Source of the DNA: Octopus bimaculoides
Lineage: Eukaryota
Length of the DNA stretch: 64,000 nucleotides
Assembly (NCBI RefSeq): GCF_001194135.2
Contig: NC_068982.1
Location: 92,757,470 to 92,821,469, forward strand
Reading direction: 5' to 3'
Part shown: positions 12,037-24,437 of the stretch, piece after piece
Numbering within the stretch: position 1 is the first letter of the stretch
How the letters are laid out: every line of letters starts with the position of its first letter
Program-made: the position numbers and the translations under genes
The notes under the pieces: generated by a model
Databases searched by the model: none
Told to the model about the DNA's origin: nothing
Seen by the model: only the letters and a program-made list of their open reading frames with translations

Positions 12037-12158
12037 TTAAGTAGTACCTCTGTATTTAAGTAGTACCATTAAGGGACCTCTGTATTTAAGTAGTACCATT
12101 AAGGGACCTCTGTATTTAAGTAGTACCATTAAGGGACCTCTATATTTAAGTAGTACCA
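12031..12158 (+). repeat. 30-bp tandem repeat at the LINE truncation point
   Basis: CTCTGTATTTAAGTAGTACCATTAAGGGAC x3 (12048-12137) with partial copies on both sides. Confidence 0.95.
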
Positions 12159-13520
12159 GTTTCACTTCAAAATTAAAATTTCATTTGTGCCAAAATATTT
12201 TTGTCGCTTTGAAACTGCGACCTGTTCACTGACAAAACTTAACAAAAGTGATGCAGCGCAAAGTTTTGTCAGTTAACAACATACACACATGCACACGCAT
12301 TACCTTTCATTTGTGTGTATGTGTATCTATGTGCATGCGCAAGTGTATTGGTGTGTGTTGAAGTTGCTCGTGCAACTTGCATATGTATATATTGGCTTAA
12401 TGGTACAGAGTGTTTGGAAACTGTGAATAAGGTGCAAGTTTTGAGTACTTGTCAGTAACTTTTTTTTAATCCTCGTTTTTTAATAGTAATTACCCAACTT
12501 TCTAGACTTTTCTCACAGCTATCCTGCGTTCAAAATTAAAAGGGTATTTAAAAAAATTTTCATTCAGTAATTAATGTTTTTACATTATGTATACATTAAT
12601 AAAATGAACTGTTGGTTTTCCAAATAGCAAATGAAAACTTAAAAGAGAAAGTGAGAGACTTTGCAAATGAAAATATTCACTGCAGTGAATGCAGTGAATA
12701 TTCAAATTTGGAAAAATTCAATAAACTTGAGAAGTAAAAATTATAGGAAATTTCTTAGAACATGAATTTATAAAAATATTTCCAGACGGTCAACCCTTTA
12801 ATAATTGCCTTCTTTTAGTACTTTTACTAATTGTTACATACCTAATAAATGAGCATCTTTCTCCATTATAGTTTAGATGTATATATATATATATNNNNNN
12901 NNNNNNNNNNNNNNNNNNNNNNNNNNNNNNNNNNNNNNNNNNNNNNNNNNNNNNNNNNNNNNNNNNNNNNNNNNNNNNNNNNNNNNNNNNNNNNNNNNNN
13001 NNNNNNNNNNNNNNNNNNNNNNNNNNNNNNNNNNNNNNNNNNNNNNNNNNNNNNNNNNNNNNNNNNNNNNNNNNNNNNNNNNNNNNNNNNNNNNNNNNNN
13101 NNNNNNNNNNNNNNNNNNNNNNNNNNNNNNNNNNNNNNNNNNNNNNNNNNNNNNNNNNNNNNNNNNNNNNNNNNNNNNNNNNNNNNNNNNNNNNNNNNNN
13201 NNNNNNNNNNNNNNNNNNNNNNNNNNNNNNNNNNNNNNNNNNNNNNNNNNNNNNNNNNNNNNNNNNNNNNNNNNNNNNNNNNNNNNNNNNNNNNNNNNNN
13301 NNNNNNNNNNNNNNNNNNNNNNNNNNNNNNNNNNNNNNNNNNNNNNNNNNNNNNNNNNNNAGAACAATAATTAGATATATATATCTCAACCAACAATAAG
13401 TACCAAATGAATTAATGAAATACTTATTTTATAAAGATAGAAAAATTATTAAAAATATCAAAATATCAAAATAATAACCATTCAATAATCCTCCCTTCAT
13501 CCATTATAATAACATGTATT

Positions 13521-13585
13521 AATTTTTCTATATGTGATAGTGGATTTTCATCGATGAGTTCTTGAAACTTGGTTATTTTCCCTAA

Positions 13586-13589
<4 letters not shown>
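13521..13589. repeat. 69-bp sequence identical to 56779-56847, abutting (TA)n
   Basis: Identical by direct reading; both copies end AAAACT followed by (TA)n. Confidence 0.9.
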
Positions 13590-13622
<33 letters not shown>

Positions 13623-14119
13623 GTCTGTGCTTAATGTGCACTGATGTTTTATGAGTATGTAATGTCTATACACATACTGCTAATACTACCATTATTGTAA
13701 GCAGTAGTAGTATTGTAAAACTGTTGAGTGTTTTTTCTCTTTGTTTCAGTGTGAAGTTCATCATGGTGGTGTTAGAAAAAGCACTGGACTCTCTAAATAT
13801 TATATCACTCTGAATGATATAGTATGACACTATAAGTAAATACTATATCAATATAAGTGAATCTTGAATCTTGATAGCATGTAACAAATATATGAAGCAA
13901 CCTCTGCCTGGTTATTTAATCCGGTAGAAGCAGCAACCGAATCTGTTTCAAATGACACTTTACCATTTTTAAAGAAGGCAGGACACATTGGATGATGTGG
14001 ATCTGGGTGCACTGTGTCTAGGAAAGGGATGAGATAGTCACAGTTGGAATACCTTTGATCTCTTTGGAGATACCTCCAATTCATTCTCACTCTTTCTCTC
14101 CTAAATGTGAGTAATCACG

Positions 14120-14378
14120 TAGCTCAACCCCAACCTCCTCCCTCATACCTCAATCTCCTTGGGTTCGTAGAATTGCAAGCTACTTGGTGACCTCAGTAAT
14201 ACTGATGGTACAAAAATAAGTGCCTACTACACCCTATGGTTGGAGTTAGGAAGTGCACCCAGCCACAGAAACCATGCCAAAGTGAACACTGGAGCACAAT
14301 GCAGATCTTGAACTCATTAGATCTTTTTCAAACTGTCCAACCTGTGCTAGCATGAAACATGCACATTAAATGATGATT
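14120..14378 (+). mobile_element. Retroposon 3' end with RTE-type tail
   Basis: GCTCAACCCCAACCTCCTCCCTCATACC...TTGCAAGCTACTTGGTGACCTC...GCTAGCATG...TTAAATGATGAT; a related copy lies inverted at 15229-15960. Confidence 0.65.
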
Positions 14379-15228
14379 TAGAGCTTAACAACATCTAAAG
14401 ATCATGATGTCTGGTGTCTGTCTCTTTAAAGTGCTGTTGTGATGTCTGAAATAGTCAGCACAGAGGTAAAACGTTAGAGGCAGGAAAGAGAATTTTAAGG
14501 CTACAACAACTTTTTATTGTATGTAAACCACTTCTTGTCTCTGCTCTTCACAAACTTTATCTATTCACATCTGTCTTGTCTGACAGCTCTGAGCTCACTG
14601 ATGGTTCAGATGAATCTTTTAGATCACTAAAGTGTTTATGATGGAGGAACACTCCTATAGTGTACATTAATCTGTTGAGTATTGACACTGCTCTTATTAT
14701 TTTCTGCATTAATTTTATTTTAATTCATTCATTAGACACAATAAGCTTTACTTCAAATGTTAGAACAAGAAGGGAGTGTATTGAAATGAAATTTAGTATA
14801 GCTTCAAATATCCTACTTTTAAACAAAGACAAACTGAGTATAAGTATAATTGAATATCCCTTGAGACATTATTGTCTTTACTGTTCTGTACTATGACTGA
14901 ACTAAACTAAACATTTAAAGAAGGCAAGCCTGTAGCAAGTGTTAGACATGCCTGCTTCGAGCCTACAGGTTCATTAGGCTAGAGCTTATTCAGAGCTTTA
15001 AGGCATTTAGGCTGAAAGTACAGGACTCTTCCTTGAACCAGTCCATCATGGAGTTAATCCTGCTAAGTGCCATGGCACTTATTTTCAGCTGAGTGTGTTG
15101 GAGCAACATAAAATGAAGTGTGTTGCTCGAAGATGCAGTATGGTGCTTGTCTGAGTATCAAACCTAGGGGCTTATGATTGTGATCCTAACAGTCTTTCCA
15201 CTTTGCAAGTGTTATTCTCATCCTCATC

Positions 15229-15960
15229 CTCATCATTTAATGTCTATGTTCCATGCTGGCATAGGATGGATGGCTCAAAAAGGATCTGATGAGTTCAAGG
15301 ACTACATTGTGCTCCAGTGTTTGGTATAGTTTCTATGATGATGCCTTTTCTAACACCAACCATCTTACACTGTATAGTCGGTGCTTCTTTTGTGCCACTG
15401 GCATTAGAGGTCACCATGTAGCTTGCAAATCTAGAAACCTGAGGAGGTGGGGATGCTGTGTCTTTGTTTGATGGGGTTGAGGTATGAGGGAAGAGGTTGG
15501 GGTTGAGCAATTCTTATTGTACAGGATCTACATGATAACTCACATCTAGGAAATAAATAGGGTTGATGAGGTGAGATAAATAAGGGTGATGAGGTGACCA
15601 GGTAGTAGTAGTAGTGGGTGGGGGTTTGCAAGAATGTATGGGGGAAGAGATAGGGGAGGTGGAAGAGGGAGATATGTAGGCAACGTCTGTAAAGATTGGG
15701 GAAGGGTTCAGGGGACGGGATGCATGAGTCTGGTGGGTGGAACTAGAGGGACACTAGCAGCATGATAGTAATGATGATATGTTGACAGGAGGAAAAGATA
15801 TGTGTTTGGATAAACTGCAGGAGTGGAGTAGCAAGATAGACAAGCATAATACCTGAGAAGTGATAAGTTGGCAGTCCAGGGAGTGGGGGATTGGATAGCC
15901 ACTGTAACATGTGGGTGTGGAGAATAGTATTAATGGATGAAAGATGGCTAACAAGTGAGA
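15229..15960 (-). mobile_element. Longer copy of the same retroposon, opposite orientation
   Basis: CATCATTTAATGTCTATGTTCCATGCTGGCAT tail; GAGGTCACCATGTAGCTTGCAA; GAGGTATGAGGGAAGAGGTTGGGGTTGAGC. Confidence 0.6.
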
Positions 15961-16499
15961 TGTTCTAGATAGTAAGAGAGAAGAGTGGTATCAGGAAGAG
16001 GGAAGGGCTGTAGTGGAGGAGATGTAAGAGGGATTGATTGATTGATTGATAGAGGTGCTCACACACACACACACACAAACACACACAAACACAAACACAA
16101 ACACACACACATTCACATTCGTATTTATTTATTATTAAAACAGAAGACTGGAAAATTTTGGTATTATTTATTCCATATTACATATGTTTCTTTACCAATT
16201 GGAGTTTCATAAGTATTTTTGTAGAAAAGCATGTAAAACATCTATTAGCAATTGATCCAACAGAGAATCAAAATATGTAATTACTCTGTAATAAATATTT
16301 TCTAGTATTTAACAATATCCTCTGGTGTTTTCAACTCTTATATGGATCATAACATTTATGGATATACTTTGGGGAACACTGGAATATGCAGATGTGCTTC
16401 ATGAGGACACCCCCCACCACACACACACACGCAAAATACATACCCACACAGTACTTCCTGAAGAAATTTTACCATGATGGGTAGGTTTTCACAAGAACC

Positions 16500-17385
16500 T
16501 CATACTGTTAGATGTCCTAGTCCTTTGTTATTTCCTCTGTGAGGCCCAGGGTCTTATGGTCAGCCTTCACTACTTTATCCTATGTCTTCTTGGATCTTCT
16601 TTGTCCACAAGCTTCAGCACTTGATTTTACAGATATCCTCATCCATACATATCACATGGCCATACCAGTGCAGTCTTCTTTCTTGTACACTATATCTGAT
16701 TCTTTTTTTTTCTGCCCAGTCTTTGTCTCAGCACAATTATACTATGTTGTTCATGCACACTTACATTGCACATCTAACAGAACATGCTTGCTTCATTTCT
16801 TTCCAGTCTTCTAAAGTCCTCTGCATTCAAGGCCTATGTATCACTACAATGCAGCATTGTAGTTCTGACATAAACATAATACAGTCTTCCTTTCACTCTG
16901 TGCCAGCAGTGGTAGTAACTCCCTGAACTCTTTCCAGCCTGTTCTTACTCTGGTTACTATACATTCAGAGGAACCACCTTCTTGCTGATAATATCTCCTA
17001 GGAAAAACAAAATCTATCAACTATGTTTAGTGGGCCATCAGGTATTAAAGGGGTTCTATTTCTTGTGTTCATGGAACATACTGTTCCAGTGTATCAATCA
17101 CATACAAAACTTATGTTCTTTGACAGTCTATAACCATGATTCTGCTGCATCTCTTGCGTATCCATAACTACATTGAGTGCAGCATATTGACCAAGGCTAT
17201 TTCCCTAAGGGTATCAAGGTTGTGTCTTTTCTATTAACCAAAACTTTCATCTTTGCTAAGTTTGCCTTAAGACCTCTTGACTCCAGGTTTAGTTTCCTTG
17301 CCTGGAGTTTCCTCCTCTTCCTCCCCATCATTTTGATGTCCACTTTTCCATGCTCACATGAGTCGGACAGAATTAGTTGAGGTGG
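16500..17385 (-). pseudogene. 5'-truncated RTE-type LINE ORF2 3' fragment
   Basis: LESRGLKANLAKMKVLV followed by a Cys-rich insert and the C-terminal region; same family as 26640-28385; many stops. Confidence 0.75.
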
Positions 17386-17663
17386 ATTTTTTTCTATGGC
17401 CAGATGTCCTTTCTGCTGCCAATCCTCACATGTTTCCAAGTAAAGTAATATTCCCCATGACCAGACAGGTTTTCACTGAAGTTTGATAACAAAGAACATT
17501 GAATCACCAGCTTTGAGTAAATGCACATATACACATGTGTGCATGTGCAAACATACACACATGCATGCACACACGCATGCATGTGCACGTGCACACACAC
17601 ACACTGCCTTTGATCTAGAATAGATGTTAGCCATTCTGATATTGAAATTTGTTTAATTTCCAG

Positions 17664-17773
17664 GTTGCTATAGTGTGTTCGATGATAAAACTGAGCTGAA
17701 CAATAAAACTGTTAAATTCATTGACAGCTATAAGGAAATGATTGGCTGCATTGAAAATAATACATATAGTCAG
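17664..17773 (+). CDS. OSTM1: OSTM1 exon 3
   Basis: TTTCCAG acceptor; (S)CYSVFDDKTELNNKTVKFIDSYKEMIGCIENNTYSQ, in frame with exon 2; GTATGT donor at 17774, phase 0. Confidence 0.88.
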
Positions 17774-19481
17774 GTATGTCACTTCTTTTTTCTTTTTTTT
17801 TCATCTTGAGACAACGTTTACAACTGTCAAACCACTAACAGCAACAGCAGTCCCATCATCTTACTTTCATGCGTCCACCAGTGCTACAAGCCAGTAAGCT
17901 AACCTCTCCATCAGTCATGGATAAAGTGTTGCCTGCAAAACTTTCTGAATGATATGCCTAACCAAAAGTTACTTTGCAATTATTTAGTAGTGTGGCCCAC
18001 TTGATGATGAGCTATGTCTCATGCAACTCACTCCTCATCAAAGGTTGCCCATGTCTGTTCTACATGTTTCTTTGACTTGTTAACTCTAGCAGCCAAATCC
18101 CCACTCAACTGTCTTACAAAATCTAATAGATGAAAGCCATATTAGATATTGTCATCTTAGATACGCCAGTGCAGCAGAGCTGGTCACATATAGAATGCTT
18201 TTGGTCACAAATTAGAAATAGTCTTGGATTAAACAGAGTCAGAAGAGGTGCCACTAAGCATAGAGACACTAACGATTCTTCCAGCTCACTGCCAATAAAA
18301 ATTGGTACCTTCAGGTTAATTGAGTATCAGACTAAATGAGCTTCAGTTATTTTCCTTTAGACCCTGAGAACAAAACTCACCATAGTTAAGCATACTTTTC
18401 AATCTTCTGATCTGAATAGTACAAGCATCAACCTTCCCGTCCCCAAACTTAATATTCTTATACCAATTACATACATCATTATTACTACTGTTATACTGTT
18501 GAAAACCGAATCCATGGATTTGTGTGTTATGTTCTAGGAAATAACATCTGTTGATTCCCTGTGAGGCCTTCTCATAGCTCATGGTTTGGCCTGCTTTTTA
18601 TTAAAGCTAGAATATGAAGGAGACAAAGAAGAGATTGTGGGAGAGGTGTGTTGTTTATTGTATACTACTGTAGAAAGCAGAGACACAGTATAACTGTTGG
18701 CAGTATGCCCCCTGACAAAAATAAATGTTAAAACGATGTGGATGAAATTTGGATTAGGCACTAGGAACAGTTTTGGCAAGGTGTAGTCTATTGTTTTGAA
18801 TCTAGTTAGGCAATTATTACTTATTTTATTAATATATATCAATAGGCTGGTCACTAGGGAGAATACATGTCTAGATGTTCACATTGCATCCCATATAATT
18901 CATCATTGAATATTGGTATGTACAGCATCGTCCTCAGGTAGTGGTTTCATTTATCTGGAACAACAGAATTGTGGGTCTCATCTACTAATTCGGTCAACTA
19001 TCTCCTTGCCGTAGGTCCACATGATCAGGACTGGTTTACACAACAACAGCTGTCAAGAGGTGAAGGATGAAATCAACTCTTTTAAGATTTGAGCTTGAAA
19101 TGTTGAGAATTGAAACTAAGTAATCAAATAACCATTCATGTAGCACTGTTGGTTGGTGAGTGTGTAGTGCTGTGCTGAAATTCACAAAAACCATGTGAGA
19201 ATGTAGAAGGGTTTCGATACCCTTCCACCCACCATTACCAATAATGACCCCCATGAAGGCGCTTCTATGTAATCACTAAACCTAGCAGAAAAAAAGTGTC
19301 AAATTTGGGAATAGGGTAAGGAAGAGTAACTCAGTCGTGCATGCCATAAGAATTTTCTGTTCGAATATACTGGTCTTCATACCACAGACACAATTAATGA
19401 TTCGTTATCTGAAAATCTGAAAACTTCAAAAGTCTGAAGTTTTTTTTCTAAGTGAAAGAAACAGCATGGCCATACTTTACT

Positions 19482-19516
<35 letters not shown>

Positions 19517-19613
19517 CACACAGTAATCCCTCAACTATCACAAGTGTTACGTTCCAATCCAAAACCCCACCCCGTTAGGTGAAAATCCACGAAGTAGAAA
19601 CAGTACTGTACTG

Positions 19614-19727
19614 TATCATCATCATCATTGTTTAACGTCCACTTTCTATGCTAGCATGGATTGGACGATTTGACTGAGGACTGGCAAGCCAGAAGGCTGC
19701 ACCGGGCTCCAATCTGATCTGGCAGAG
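19614..19727 (-). mobile_element. RTE-type 3' tail fragment
   Basis: (CAT)n-TGTTTAACGTCC...GCTAGCATGG...GGCAAGCCAGAAGGCTGCACC, as at 23967 and 30800. Confidence 0.85.
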
Positions 19728-19935
19728 TATATTTTTAAAAATTATTTTTATAATTTGTATATATTTATTTTATTATAAATGCAAAACAATACCACACACT
19801 CACCTCCCGACTTTTGTTTTCCATACAGTATATGTGATTCTTTGTTTACTCATCTACGGTACACTACGTATTTTCTTATTCTTATTGTGTTATACAGTAT
19901 AGTACTGTACTGTATTTGGTAAATTTTTATATTAA

Positions 19936-20635
19936 CACCTGCACAATTTTCACTAAGAAAAAAAAAACAACTTGGATTTTTTGCATGGAATCATGTACCC
20001 TGACCTCCTAATATACTGCAAATCCTTTATTTTGGTTTGAAAAAAGGTGGGAAATTTTTTTTTGTTGAAAGAATTCTTGTGACCTTCTAATATGCTACAG
20101 AACCCTTTTTGGGGTCCGAAAAATGGGGTGGGGTGATGTGGAAGCCTCGGAAATTTCACCCCCCCCCATCCCCATTGATAATTTCACCTGCACGGTTTTC
20201 ACTAAGGAAAAAAAAGAAAAAATCGGATTTTTTTGAATGGAATCAAGTACCCTGACCTAATATGCTGCAAACCTCTTATTTTGTTTCNNNNNNNNNNNNN
20301 NNNNNNNNNNNNNNNNNNNNNNNNNNNNNNNNNNNNNNNNNNNNNNNNNNNNNNNNNNNNNNNNNNNNNNNNNNNNNNNNNNNNNNNNNNNNNNNNNNNN
20401 NNNNNNNNNNNNNNNNNNNNNNNNNNNNNNNNNNNNNNNNNNNNNNNNNNNNNNNNNNNNNNNNNNNNNNNNNNNNNNNNNNNNNNNNNNNNNNNNNNNN
20501 NNNNNNNNNNNNNNNNNNNNNNNNNNNNNNNNNNNNNNNNNNNNNNNNNNNNNNNNNNNNNNNNNNNNNNNNNNNNNNNNNNGATTCCATGCAAAAAATC
20601 CGAGTTTTTTTTTCTTAATGAAAATCGTATGGGCG
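19936..20635. mobile_element. piggyBac-like non-autonomous element with TTAA TSD
   Basis: TTAA at 19932-19935 and 20636-20639; ~55-bp imperfect TIRs (C.CC...ATTTTCA.TAAGAAAAA...GGATTTTTTGCATGGAATC); internal direct repeat of the TIR; spans an N gap. Confidence 0.6.
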
Positions 20636-20795
20636 TTAATATAGAAATTTACCAAAAATATTAATACCTATCAGCTGTAGAAACCTGCGATATACTGAGG
20701 AGTCCGTGATATAAATTTACCTATATTAGCTAGAAAAATCCATGTTGTACTGAGGGTGCAATAGGTGAACCACGTTATGGCAAGTGATTACTGTA

Positions 20796-20843
<48 letters not shown>

Positions 20844-20912
20844 TTCCTTCCTTCCTAATTATTTAGAAGTATTTATTTGTTTGTTTATTTATCTATTTAT
20901 CATTGGTCAAAG

Positions 20913-21020
20913 ATGAACATCTGTCAGGCCTGTATTGCAAACTATAAGAAACTCAACTCTGACTTCAGGACAATAGAAGATTATTCTTCTCCAAGTATCT
21001 GCATGGACGTTATGGATATG
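20913..21020 (+). CDS. OSTM1: OSTM1 exon 4
   Basis: MNICQACIANYKKLNSDFRTIEDYSSPSICMDVMDM matches OSTM1 'C..C...Y..L...Y......C.D..D.M'; GTGAGT donor at 21021. The acceptor is a weak AAG, with an alternative in-frame CAG at 20925-20927. Confidence 0.85.
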
Positions 21021-22154
21021 GTGAGTACTTTTTTGCAGAGGAGGAGGCATATAGATTTTGTCACCAAGTGCTGAGATGCAATTCATTTTTTTCCTTTTTG
21101 GTATCTACAGGCATATTATCTCATTTATTCCTTTTAATACCAATCCTACCTAAGACTGTCTGTACTAAAGCATTCATATTTAAAATAAATAAATCCCTAT
21201 CAAAATCTTAACATGAAATTTCAGTTGGTTAACACCTATTTTTATACACCAATACATGTAGTTACAAATATTTTGCCAGGCGCACTTAAAAATCTTGATA
21301 ATATTGAAAATTAACTGAAACATATTGGCAGTCTACCTGTTTGAAATATAGCAGTGAAAAGATTGAAGCCACTTTTTGTCATCATTATTTTGAAACTGGA
21401 TTAATGGGTTTAATAGGGTAGTATTGTAATTGTGATAGTCTTGTGGCATTCCTAGCCATTGTTAGTGACTAAGGCCCTCACTTGTGGCTTTTAGATCAGG
21501 AAGTGTATAAAACATACTTTTCCTGGACTGAGTGGATATACTTTCTGGATCACAGAAGCTAACAGCATGTACTATTGAAAATATCTTTGTAAATCTGACT
21601 TGTGAAGCATAAATTTGCTCATTAGATTTGTATTTGAAGACTGAGTATCTGATGAGGCTGTCGATATATGATAAATAATCATTTGCTTCACTTTTTTTTT
21701 GTAATTATAGGGATCCATCAATGAAAGATCAACTTTACTTACTTTGAGTGAAGTGTTGGGAAATGAGAATACAGTGTCTATAGAAGAGTTCAAATGTCTT
21801 ACTTTGTAGTCGCTTGCTCAACAATTTAAGTGCATAGCTACTGTATGTTGTTGTTTAGCATCTGTCAGTTCAGCTATCATCATCCTGTATTTTTTCTGAC
21901 GACATGTATCTCAGGGCTACCTTACTTGATGTATTCTTTTTTTAAGTTTGGAATGAGAGAAAATTGTTTGAATTTGGCTACTATTTCTATCAGGTTAACA
22001 AATTACATTGAGATTGTCTCATAACTTCTATGTGCATATGTTATATTTAGGAATGTTTATATTCTTTAATTTAGACTACTTTAAAAGCCATGTTAATATT
22101 CTCATAATTTCCAGACACATTTTCTTTTTCTACTTTTAATGATCTATCTTTTAG

Positions 22155-22314
22155 ATGAACTACACCAGGCTGCTGTGGAGCCAGGATTGTCCTACCAAAA
22201 ACAGGCAAAGCAATACAGTGTTAACTGTTAGTGTTTCAGTTAGCCTCATAATCATCACCATTATCTACTATGTATGCATGTATCTTATTGGCAAAGGAAA
22301 ACTTTTCAATTTCT
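22155..22314 (+). CDS. OSTM1: OSTM1 exon 5 (juxtamembrane region and transmembrane helix)
   Basis: TTTTAG acceptor; MNYTRLLWSQDC matches OSTM1 'N.TR.LWS...C'; TM segment VLTVSVSVSLIIITIIYYVCMYLI; GTGAGT donor at 22315, phase 1. Confidence 0.9.
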
Positions 22315-22789
22315 GTGAGTATCTTTAGTTCTCCTTCTGATTAAAAGTTGTTGTTTCTGTTGTTAGTGAGGTCAACTCTGTTTGACTGAGCCTATGATGT
22401 TAGGGATAGTTAATTGAACAAATCGTTTAATTGTTATTAACCTTAGTCATTTTGACTTTATTATAAACCAATCTAGTCAACTTACCCACACATTCACCTG
22501 ATTCAATCCTTGGTTCCACTTCACTTATTTACATCTCCCTGTAATTTGAGTATGTCTCATCACATCTTTACGTTCTTCCATCTCTCCCCTCTCTCTCCTC
22601 TCCCCTTTGCTCTCTTCCCTTTGCTCTCTTCCCTCTGCTCTCTCTTACCCCCTCCCACTGAGATGGCCATGTAACTTCCCTACTGCACAAAGCTTATTTT
22701 TGTCCCTCTATTCATTCTCTAACCTCTTTCCACATGGCATAAAGCCACCTCCCTCATTACCATTCCCTCCTCAGTTGAGGGGGTCTTGT

Positions 22790-22990
22790 CTTGCAAGTTA
22801 CTTGGTGATCTCACTGCTGTTAGTGTCATATAAAAAGCACACAGTACACTCTGTAAAATTGTTGGCATTAGGAAGGATATCCAGCCAAAGAAACCATACC
22901 AATGCAGAGAGTAGGGCTTGACACAGTCTTCTAACTCCTGTCAAACATTCCAACCCATGCCAGCATGGAAGGAAGACATTAAAGGATGAT
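22790..22990 (+). mobile_element. Retroposon 3' end with RTE-type tail
   Basis: TTGCAAGTTACTTGGTGATCTC...GGCATTAGGAAGG...CCAACCCATGCCAGCATGG...ATTAAAGGATGAT. Confidence 0.65.
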
Positions 22991-23324
22991 AATATCCTAT
23001 ATGACTTTAAACATGTCTCTATTTTATAAGCAGTAAGCTTACTGAAGGGGATTTATCATCTACAAAAATGTTAGGCAAAGACATTGAAACTTTTTATTCA
23101 AACAAATGAAGCTTAGTGGCTACAACAGAAGTAAGTGAGTGCTGTGCTTTTGTAAATCAGTGATTGATTTAGAAATAGTAGCAATATCTTAGTGTTTTTT
23201 TTTGTCCAACTGTATCCATTTCTGTCTGAAATATCTTTGTACTTATAAAGAAATAAATTATTCTGTCATGAAATCACTGCTTAAAAGGTGATGGGCATGG
23301 TTATGACATTATTATAGTTGTGGA

Positions 23325-23538
23325 AAGGTGGCGAGCTGGCAGAGTTGTTAGCATGCTGGACAAAGTGCCTAGTGGTATTTTGCCTGTTGCTCCATTCTGA
23401 GTTCAAATTCCACCAAGGCCAACTTTGTCTTTCATTCTTTTGGGAGCAGTAAAACGAATACCAGTGAAACACTGAGGTCGATGTAATCGACTAGTCCCCT
23501 CCCCCAAAATTTCAGACCTTGTGCTTACAGTAGAAAGG
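23325..23538 (+). mobile_element. Full-length SINE family A with 17-bp TSD
   Basis: ATTATTATAGTTGTGGA at 23308-23324 and 23539-23555 flanking a complete body. Confidence 0.88.
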
Positions 23539-23966
23539 ATTATTATAGTTGTGGAGTTATGATAGAAGTTGGTTGCTTACATTTCTCTGAAGGCTGTAAT
23601 ACATGGTTATAGATGTACAGAGGTTGTGAGATTAAGATTCTGTACTACTGACTACAAATTGGTTCAAGTTTTGTTACTTCCAATGTGTTGTGCCTCTTCT
23701 ATAATATTACTCTCCATATATAAATCATTATATGTTGCATAATATATATTTTATACAAATATTTTGTAGAACTGCTAGGAGTAAATTTATTGTATAAAAA
23801 AAAAATGGCTCAGTGACAGAAGTGCTTCACAGTATTTAGGTTTTTTTTTCTTTTTTTTCTTTTACTTTCTGAGTTCAAATCCTGTCAGGATCAATAGAAT
23901 AAGTAACAAGAATAGTTAATTCATTTAACATCTTCCCATCTTCTACTACAAATATAATATATATAT

Positions 23967-24437
23967 ATATCATCATCATCATCATTGTTTAATGTCCGCT
24001 TTCCATGCTAGCATGGGTTGGACGATTTGACTGAGGACTGGCAAGCCAGAAGGCTGCACCAGGCTCCAATCTGATCTGGCAGAGTTTCTACAGCTGGATG
24101 CCCTTCCTAATGACAACCACTCCGAGAGTGTAGTGGGTGCTTTTACGTGTCACCGGCACGAGAGCCAGTCACACGGTACTGGCAATGGCCATGCTCAAAA
24201 AGGTATTTTTTACGTGCCATCTGCACGGGAGCCAGTCCAGCGTCACTGGCAACGACCTCGCTTGAATGATTTTCTAACGTGCCACCAGCACAAGTGTTAG
24301 AAGGCAACGCTGGTAACGATTACGCTCAAATGGTGCTATTTACGGGCCACTAGCACGGAAGCCAGACAGCTGCTCTGGCAATGAACACGCTTGGACAGTG
24401 CTGTTAGTGCTCTACTGGTGCAGGTGCCAGTCATCGA
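23967..24437 (-). mobile_element. 3' UTR/tail of the RTE-type LINE (or derived SINE) with internal subrepeats
   Basis: (CAT)n tail, then repeated TTTTACGTGCCACC.GCAC...GAGCCAGTC units; homologous to 27990-28385. Confidence 0.85.

Larger units (their letters stand above)
19521..20793. mobile_element. Tigger/pogo-like non-autonomous element carrying nested insertions
   Basis: Ends CAGTAATCCCT... and ...AGTGATTACTG|TA are inverted; contains the 19614-19727 and 19936-20635 insertions. Confidence 0.5.

Noticed and set aside
12031-12158. CRISPR-like appearance of the 30-bp repeats
   Set aside because: No spacers, no cas genes, eukaryotic context.
13545-13580. Hammerhead-like TCGATGA...GAAAC in the 69-bp repeat
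   Set aside because: The core has two substitutions, and neither stem I nor stem II pairs.
17900-19290. Possible decayed minus-strand non-LTR retroelement
   Set aside because: The composition is suggestive, but I could not recover a diagnostic RT or endonuclease motif.
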